This document shows positions 57,375 through 64,000 of a DNA stretch of 64,000 nucleotides, piece after piece. Each line of letters begins with the position of its first letter. Position 1 is the first letter of the stretch. The position numbers and the translations under genes were made by a program. This DNA is from Macrostomum hystrix. Taxonomy: Eukaryota > Animalia > Platyhelminthes. The stretch spans positions 2,480,001 to 2,544,000 of the forward strand of contig CATNEN010000029.1 in NCBI GenBank assembly GCA_950097015.1, read 5' to 3'. The notes under the pieces are model-generated. The model made no database searches and was not told the origin of the DNA. It saw only the letters and a list, made by a program, of their open reading frames with translations.

Positions 57375-58220
57375 TAGGGGCTAGCGGATTAGGGGCTGGA
57401 CTAACAGATAAGGAGGCCAGGCTAGCAGGTTCGAGGGCTTAGCTAGCAGATTAGGGGACTAGGCTAGCAGATTAGGGGACTAGGCATGCATATTAGGGGG
57501 CTTGGCATGCATATTAGGGGTCTTGCATGCATATTGGGGGGCAAGGCAAGCAGATTAGGAGGCTTGGCTAGCAGATTAGGCAGCTAGGCTAGCAGATTAA
57601 GGGGGCTAGGCAAGCAGATTTTATGGGGCTAGACTAGCAGATTAGGGGGCTAGGCAAGCAGATTTTATGGGGCTAGACTAGCAGATTAGGGGGCTAGGCA
57701 AGCAGATTTTATGGGGCTAGACTAGCAGATTAGGGGGCTAGGCAAGCAGATTTTATGGGGCTAGACTAGCAGATTAGGAGGCTTGGCTAGCAGATTAGAG
57801 GGCTTGGCTAGCAGATTAGGCAGCTAGGCTAGCAGATTAAGGGGGCTAGGCAAGCAGATTTTATGGGGCTAGGCTAGCAGATTAGGGGGCTAGGCAAGCA
57901 GATTTTATGGGGCTAGGCTAGCAGATTAAGGGGCTAGGCAAGCAGATTTTATGGGGCTAGGCTAGCAGATTAGGGGGCTAGGCAAGCAGATTTTATGGGG
58001 CTAGGCTAGCAGATTAGGGGGCTAGGCAAGCAGATTTTATGGGGCTAGGCTAGCAGATTAAGGGGGCTAGGCAAGCAGATTTTATGGGGCTAGGCTAGCA
58101 GATTAGGGGGCTAGGCAAGCAGATTTTATGGGGCTAGGCTAGCAGATTAAGGGGGCTAGGCAAGCAGATTTTATGGGGCTAGACTAGCAGATTAGGCAGC
58201 TAGGCTAGCAGATTATGGGC
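57375..58220. repeat. G-rich minisatellite related to 54737-56016
   Basis: Roughly 46-bp unit GGGGCTAGGCTAGCAGATTAGGGGGCTAGGCAAGCAGATTTTAT sharing the GCTAGCAGA core. Confidence 0.92.
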
Positions 58221-58927
58221 TAAAGGGATAAAATATCGCAGAATTCTGCAGAAGAGCAAAGATGAAGCAAAAAGCGCACAACAAGAACTCTAAATTTGAA
58301 GGTGAAATTCAGTGGCATCATCCTAATCAAGGCTGGTGGCGGTGCAAGCGGGTTAAGTGGGAATTTTTCGTGTCAGAAAATTTATATTTAACAATTTCCC
58401 CGCGGCAGCGTGTCTGACATGCTGTCCCTCATTTACACAGAATTTGCATGCAAGTCGTAAACCCAACTGACCCAGTCTGAGTACCCCGATTTAGGCTAAA
58501 AAAGCTTCCGATTTATGCATCTAAGGATTTGGGAGGCTGTGGCAATTTATAAGTTTCAGAATTTTTAATGACGAACTGCTTTGGCTATACTTAATATTCC
58601 ATTTCTTCTTTTCTAATCTTCTATACTGCAAGTTGTGGCTCGTTGGCTTTCATAACTTTTATTTAGCCTTGCTTCTAGTGCTTTTAGTTCTGGTTTAAAT
58701 AGTTTTCATCACTCATTTCCTTACTTCATTCTTTTTATTCCATATTTTCCGAAAAGCATTCTTTTACATTCGATTCATTACATTTCAGGCTGAATTCTTA
58801 TATGAAATTCATGACTATTAACTTCGATCCCCTATATTCACTAATCGCCATTCGCTATTGTTTATTTAAAACCCATACAATGAACCCCTTTTTCTTAATC
58901 CACATTCCCTAATGGTCATTCACCAAA

Positions 58928-59305
58928 TCCTCATTCACTAATCCTCATTCACTAATCCTCATTCACTAATCCCCATTTGATAATCCTCATTCACTAATCC
59001 TCATTCACTAATCCCCATTTGATAATTCTCATTAACTAATCCTCATTCACTAATCCCCATTTGATAATCCTCATTCACTAATCCTCATTCACTAATCCTC
59101 ATTTACTATTCCCATTTGATAATCCTCATTGACTAATCCATATTCACTAAACCTATTTACTAATCCCCATTTACTAATTCCTATTTACTAATTCCCATTC
59201 ACTAATCCTCATTCTCTAATCCCACTTTATTAATCATCATTTACTAATCCCTACTCACTAAACCTATTCACTAATCCCTATTCACTAAACCTTTTTTTAT
59301 AATCC
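58928..59305. repeat. 14-bp minisatellite (TTCACTAATCCTCA)n, degenerate
   Basis: About 25 imperfect units. Confidence 0.9.
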
Positions 59306-59984
59306 TCATTCCGAAACAAACAAACTAAAGACGAACTCGAGAAAAGACCACATTATCGTTGTTACAAGAAGCTCACCTACTTACTAACTGTACGAATTAT
59401 TTTTATAGAAACTAGATTACCCAATTCTGTCAGTAACAATTAAATATAAAAAAATTGACAACCCGGTGACAGACAAGAAAGGAAAATTGGGCCTCTCTAC
59501 TGTACATAAGCTGCTGCGATTGATCAAGCGCGCACACTCGCGCACTGCGGAGCACTTGTACGGCTTTGGAGAAAATTCTCTCCCCCCCCCTAGGCGCGAC
59601 AGCTACCAGTTCCACGCAGAGTTGCTGTCCTTGACACCCAAGCTGAGTCTAAATAGAGAGGCTTGGGAAGGTTGGTGACAGCAGACAGACGGCTGGAAGT
59701 GAGAGGGGAGAGAGAGAAGTGCAGCCGCCGAAGGAAATGAAGAATTGATTCACTATACTCTGGGCTGTAAAAACTCCGAAGGTGAAATTGGAGCTGCATA
59801 ATCTATGCGATAGTAATACTCATTTGAGAAGTCTTGGTTAAGGAAAGACCTGTTTGCAGCACAATCCGGTGCGACTTTGGGATAAAATGGCAATTTCGGA
59901 TATGAGGCACATGTAGCAAAGGTTTTTATAAAAATTTAAGGATCTCGCGTTCATTGGACCGCGTAGAGCCAATACAGACAATTG

Positions 59985-61110
59985 CAGTGACAGGCAATAA
60001 ACAGAGGCAGTGACAGGCAATAAACAGAGGCAGTGGCAGGCAATAAACAGAGGCAGTGACAACCCATAAACATAACAGTGACAACCCATAAACATAACAG
60101 TGACAACCCATAAACATAACAGTGACAGGCTATAAACAGAGGCAGTGACAACCCATAAACAGAGCAGTGACAACCTATAAACAGAGGCAGTGGCAACCTA
60201 TAAACAGAACAGTGACAACCCATAAACAGAACAGTGACAACCTATAAACAGAGGCAGGGACAGGCCATAAACAGAGGCAGTGACAACACATAAACAGAAC
60301 AGTGACAACCCATAAACAGAACAGTGACAACCCATAAACAGAACAGTGACAACATATAAACAGAACAGTGACAACCTATAAACAGAACAGTGACAACCTA
60401 TAAACAGAACAGTGACAACCCATAAACAGAACAGTGACAACCCATAAACAGAACAGTGACAACCTATAAACAGAGCAGTGACAACCTATAAACAGAACAG
60501 TGACAACCCATAAACAGAGGCAGTGACAACCCATAAACAGAACAGTGACAACCTATAAAAAGAACAGTGACAACCTATAAACAGAACAGTGACAACCTAT
60601 AAACAGAGGCAGTGACAGGCAATAAACAGAGGCAGTGACAACCTATAAACAGAGCAGTGACAACCCATAAACAGAATAGTGACAACCTATAAACAGAACA
60701 GTGACAAACTATAAACAGAGGCAGTGGCAACCTATAAACAGAACTGTGACAACCTATAAACATAACAGTGACAACCTATAAACAGAGGCAGTGTCAGGCA
60801 ATAAACAGAGCAGTGACAACCCATAAACAGAACAGTGACAACCTATAAACAGAGGCAGTGACAACCTATAAACAGAACAGAGACAACCCATAAACAGAGG
60901 CAGTGACAGGCCATAAACTGAACAGTGACAACCTATAAACAGAACAGTGACAACCCATAAACAGAACAGTGACAACCCATAAACAGAGGCAGTGACAGGC
61001 CATAAACAGAACAGTGACAACCCATAAACAGAACAGTGACAACCCATAAACAGAACAGTGACAACCCATAAACAGAGGCAGTGACAGGCCATAAACAGAG
61101 GCAGTGACAG
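59985..61110. repeat. 22-bp minisatellite (ATAAACAGAACAGTGACAACCC)n
   Basis: About 50 units with several recurring variants. Confidence 0.95.
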
Positions 61111-61640
61111 AGAGTGATTAACAAGTTAACTAGAGTTAAGTCTGTCTTACATCAGCCAAGTTTAAAACGAAATCGTTATTCAGAGCAGGATAAGGCACCC
61201 CCGACTGGCTGTTCGCTCAAAATTTATAAGCCATTGGATCGATTAACGTCTATTGATCGAAAATAATTCTTTGCATGGCTTGGCTTAGAAGACTTACAAA
61301 CACAAAATGGAAGACAGTCAAGCAGAAGGCAGCTAAGGGAGGGTTTGAACAAGCCGTAGGATTTATTGCTGCCTTAGTGAAGATTCTCCTGGCTAGGAAA
61401 GGGCTTTATTTCAACCATTTCCTTTCGCTAAGGAGGTCTCGACTTATTCCGGTTTATCTATTAGATTCTCACGCAGTCTCAAAAACTGCCTAATAAACTA
61501 ATTAACCACTGGAGAGTGGGGCTCAGCTGACAGATAGCCACTCCGAGAACTCTTACTCTAACTCCTACCGTATTCTGATCTGGCACTTTGTTGAATTTCC
61601 AGATATTGGACAGCGAGCGAGTTAAATAACTGAGACAGGA

Positions 61641-62020
61641 TAGATGAGGCTGGGAGTGAATAGATGCGGCTAGGAGTGAATAGATGACGCTGGGAGTGAA
61701 TAGATGAGGCTGGGAGTGAATAGATGAGGCTGGGAGTGAATAGATGAGGCTGGGAGTGAATAGATGAGGCTGGGAGTGAATAGATGAGGCTGGGAGTGAA
61801 TAGATGAGGCTGGGAGTGAATAGATGACGCTGGGAGTGAATAGATGAGGCTGGGAGTGAATAGATGAGGCTGGGAGTGAACAGATGAGGCTGGGAGTGAA
61901 TAGATGAGGCTGGGAGTGAATAGATGAGGCTGGGAGTGAATAGATGAGGCTGGGAGTGAATAGATGAGGCTGGGAGTGAATAGATGAGGCTGGGAGTGAA
62001 TAGATGAGGCTGGGAGTGAA
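61641..62020. repeat. 20-bp minisatellite (TAGATGAGGCTGGGAGTGAA)19
   Basis: 19 near-perfect units. Confidence 0.97.
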
Positions 62021-62297
62021 GAGATAAAGTAGAGTTAATCGTGGGTTGGAGTGATGGCTGCCCTGATCATTGCAGGCTGCACTCACAAGCGCAATAACCA
62101 GGCGATATCCAGGAAGCAGTTCTGATCAATTTTCCAAGTCAATGAGTATAAGCACGGATTTTTTGGGCGTCCAACAAATTTGATCTCAAAGCAAACTTAC
62201 CCGAGCCTCATAATGGGCCAGTGATTTAGAAGAATTCAATACTTCCCCCCAGCCTTCAAGGTAAGGTGGCAGCTTTTGCCTGCAGGTATTGAGGGGC

Positions 62298-62330
<33 letters not shown>

Positions 62331-63089
62331 TCCCACTGAGAAATGGCGAAGGGAAACTTGTGCAGTTGAGAACAAATGAGAATTCTCATCGATTGGCAGC
62401 GGGCTGTGCGGATAAGAATCCCATTGTTTAGCCAGCTTAGGCCAAATGAGGATTTCGAGTCAGATGTGCAACTTTGGGAAAAGAACTGCAGAGCTACTTA
62501 GTTGGAGAGAGGATTAATGAGCCGCCAGTGGGATTTTCAATTGATTAAAAAAGTCCTGGAATGCCGGGCCGCATAGAAGAGGGATGTGATTTTTTAATTC
62601 TTCATTGCACTTTTCTCCCATCTCCCCCTAGAAGAGCGCTAGATTTTAAAGGCCTCTTTTTTTAAAGGCTGTTTGACTTTTAAGGGATTTGGGAAACGAG
62701 TCGTGATGGAGATAGATGGTGAGGGCTGGGAGATTTCCCTGCCCTCTTTGTTCAGTGAGATCCCCCTTGATTTTCCTTGGCGAATTTGTTGCTTCTTCGT
62801 CTAGCCTTCAAGTCTTTGATGCTAAAAAATAGTCATTTAATATTCAAAAATTGAAGTGCAGCTGGCAAAAGTACATTTTTTCAGCCCTACAATTTATCTG
62901 GAGTGATTAATGAAAACAATCACACAGAAAGTTGATGAAATTTATTGTTTTCGAATGGCAGGTAATTTAGTGACGAGGAAAGGTGTCGGGTGGTGATGAG
63001 GACACACCTGGCTGCTGCTGGAAAGAGAGCATGAATAATCTGCATGATGAGATTAGGCTTCGAGATGAAGGGACGGAGATTAAATCAGG

Positions 63090-63885
63090 GAGATTCGAGA
63101 CTAAGGGGTGGAGAGTCTAGCTGAAGGGATGCAGACTCGAGATGAAGTGATGCAGACTCGAGATGAAGGGATGCAGACTCGAGATGAAGGGATGCAGACT
63201 CGAGATGAAGGGATGGAGAATCAGGATGAAGAGAGAGTCGAGTTGAAGGGATTACGAACAGGGATGAAGGGATGGAAAGTAGAGATGAAGGGATGGAAAG
63301 TAGAGATGAAGGGATGGAAAGTAGATATGAAAGGTTGGAAAGTAGAGATGAAGGGATGGAAAGTAGAGATGAAGGGATGGAAAGTAGATATGAAAGGTTG
63401 GAAAGTAGAGATGAAGGGATGGAAAGTATAGATGAAGGGATGGAAAGTATAGATGAAGGGAGGCAGGAAGATGCAAGATGAAGGGATGGAGAGTAGAGAT
63501 GAAGGGATGGAAAGTATAGATGTGGGGAGGGAGGGAGATGAAGGGATGGAAAGTAGAGATGAAGGGATGGAAAGTAGAGATGAAGGGATGGAGAGTAGAG
63601 ATGAAGGGATGGAGAGTAGAGATGAAGGGATGGAAAGTATAGATGAAGGGATGGAAAGTATAGATGAAGGGAGGCAGGAAGATGCAAGATGAAGGGATGG
63701 AGAGTAGAGATGAAGGGATGGAAAGTATAGATGTGGGGAGGGAGGGAGATGAAGGGATGGAAAGTAGAGATGAAGGGATGGAAAGTAGAGATGAAGGGAT
63801 GGAGAGTAGAGATGAAGGGATGGAGAGTAGAGATGAAGGGATGGAGAGTAGAGATGAAGGGGGGAGGTGCAAGATGAAGGGATGA
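63090..63885. repeat. 21-bp purine-rich minisatellite (AGATGAAGGGATGGAAAGTAG)n with higher-order duplication
   Basis: Unit sequence shifts along the array. A 211-bp block starting at 63451 recurs at 63662. Confidence 0.93.
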
Positions 63886-64000
63886 AGGTTATTGGGAAGA
63901 AAAGCGCTTCAGTGACGAAGTGACAGAGCTTAGATGACAAAATTTTCGCGAAGAGAAAAATCGATCTTCGACCTGAGAAGAAGTGCAAAGTATCAGTGTC

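Overview
Eukaryotic (metazoan) genomic DNA, not prokaryotic. It has GC-rich spliced exons, AT-rich introns, several very short introns and about 20 mini/microsatellite arrays. This style is compatible with a flatworm such as Macrostomum, which is an inference only. Genes I could rebuild by hand from GT/AG sites and reading phase: a LIM-homeobox-type LIM exon (minus), an intronless LITAF-family gene, two orphan minus-strand genes, NDUFS8 (4 coding exons, minus) head-to-head with RPB1/POLR2A (6 coding exons, two +1 frameshifts, 40 contiguous heptads of which 28 end in Thr7), and an R4/RGS3-like RGS gene (5 exons, minus). Mobile DNA: a 5'-truncated RTE-clade LINE with a 10-bp TSD and (TTG)4 tail, a hAT/Charlie-type MITE filled with a 16-bp minisatellite, a tRNA-headed SINE family, and a small MITE nested in one SINE copy. 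The most unusual observations are: a frame-preserving, stop-free minisatellite in an NDUFS8 intron carrying about 28 in-frame decoy GTGAGT donors; a minisatellite apparently carried by a hAT MITE; a tandem array of about 26 YY1/Pho-consensus sites; and a SINE that appears to supply the branch point of the LIM exon. I found no CRISPR array and no convincing wholly new multi-gene system. Most long ORFs in the track are translations of repeats.
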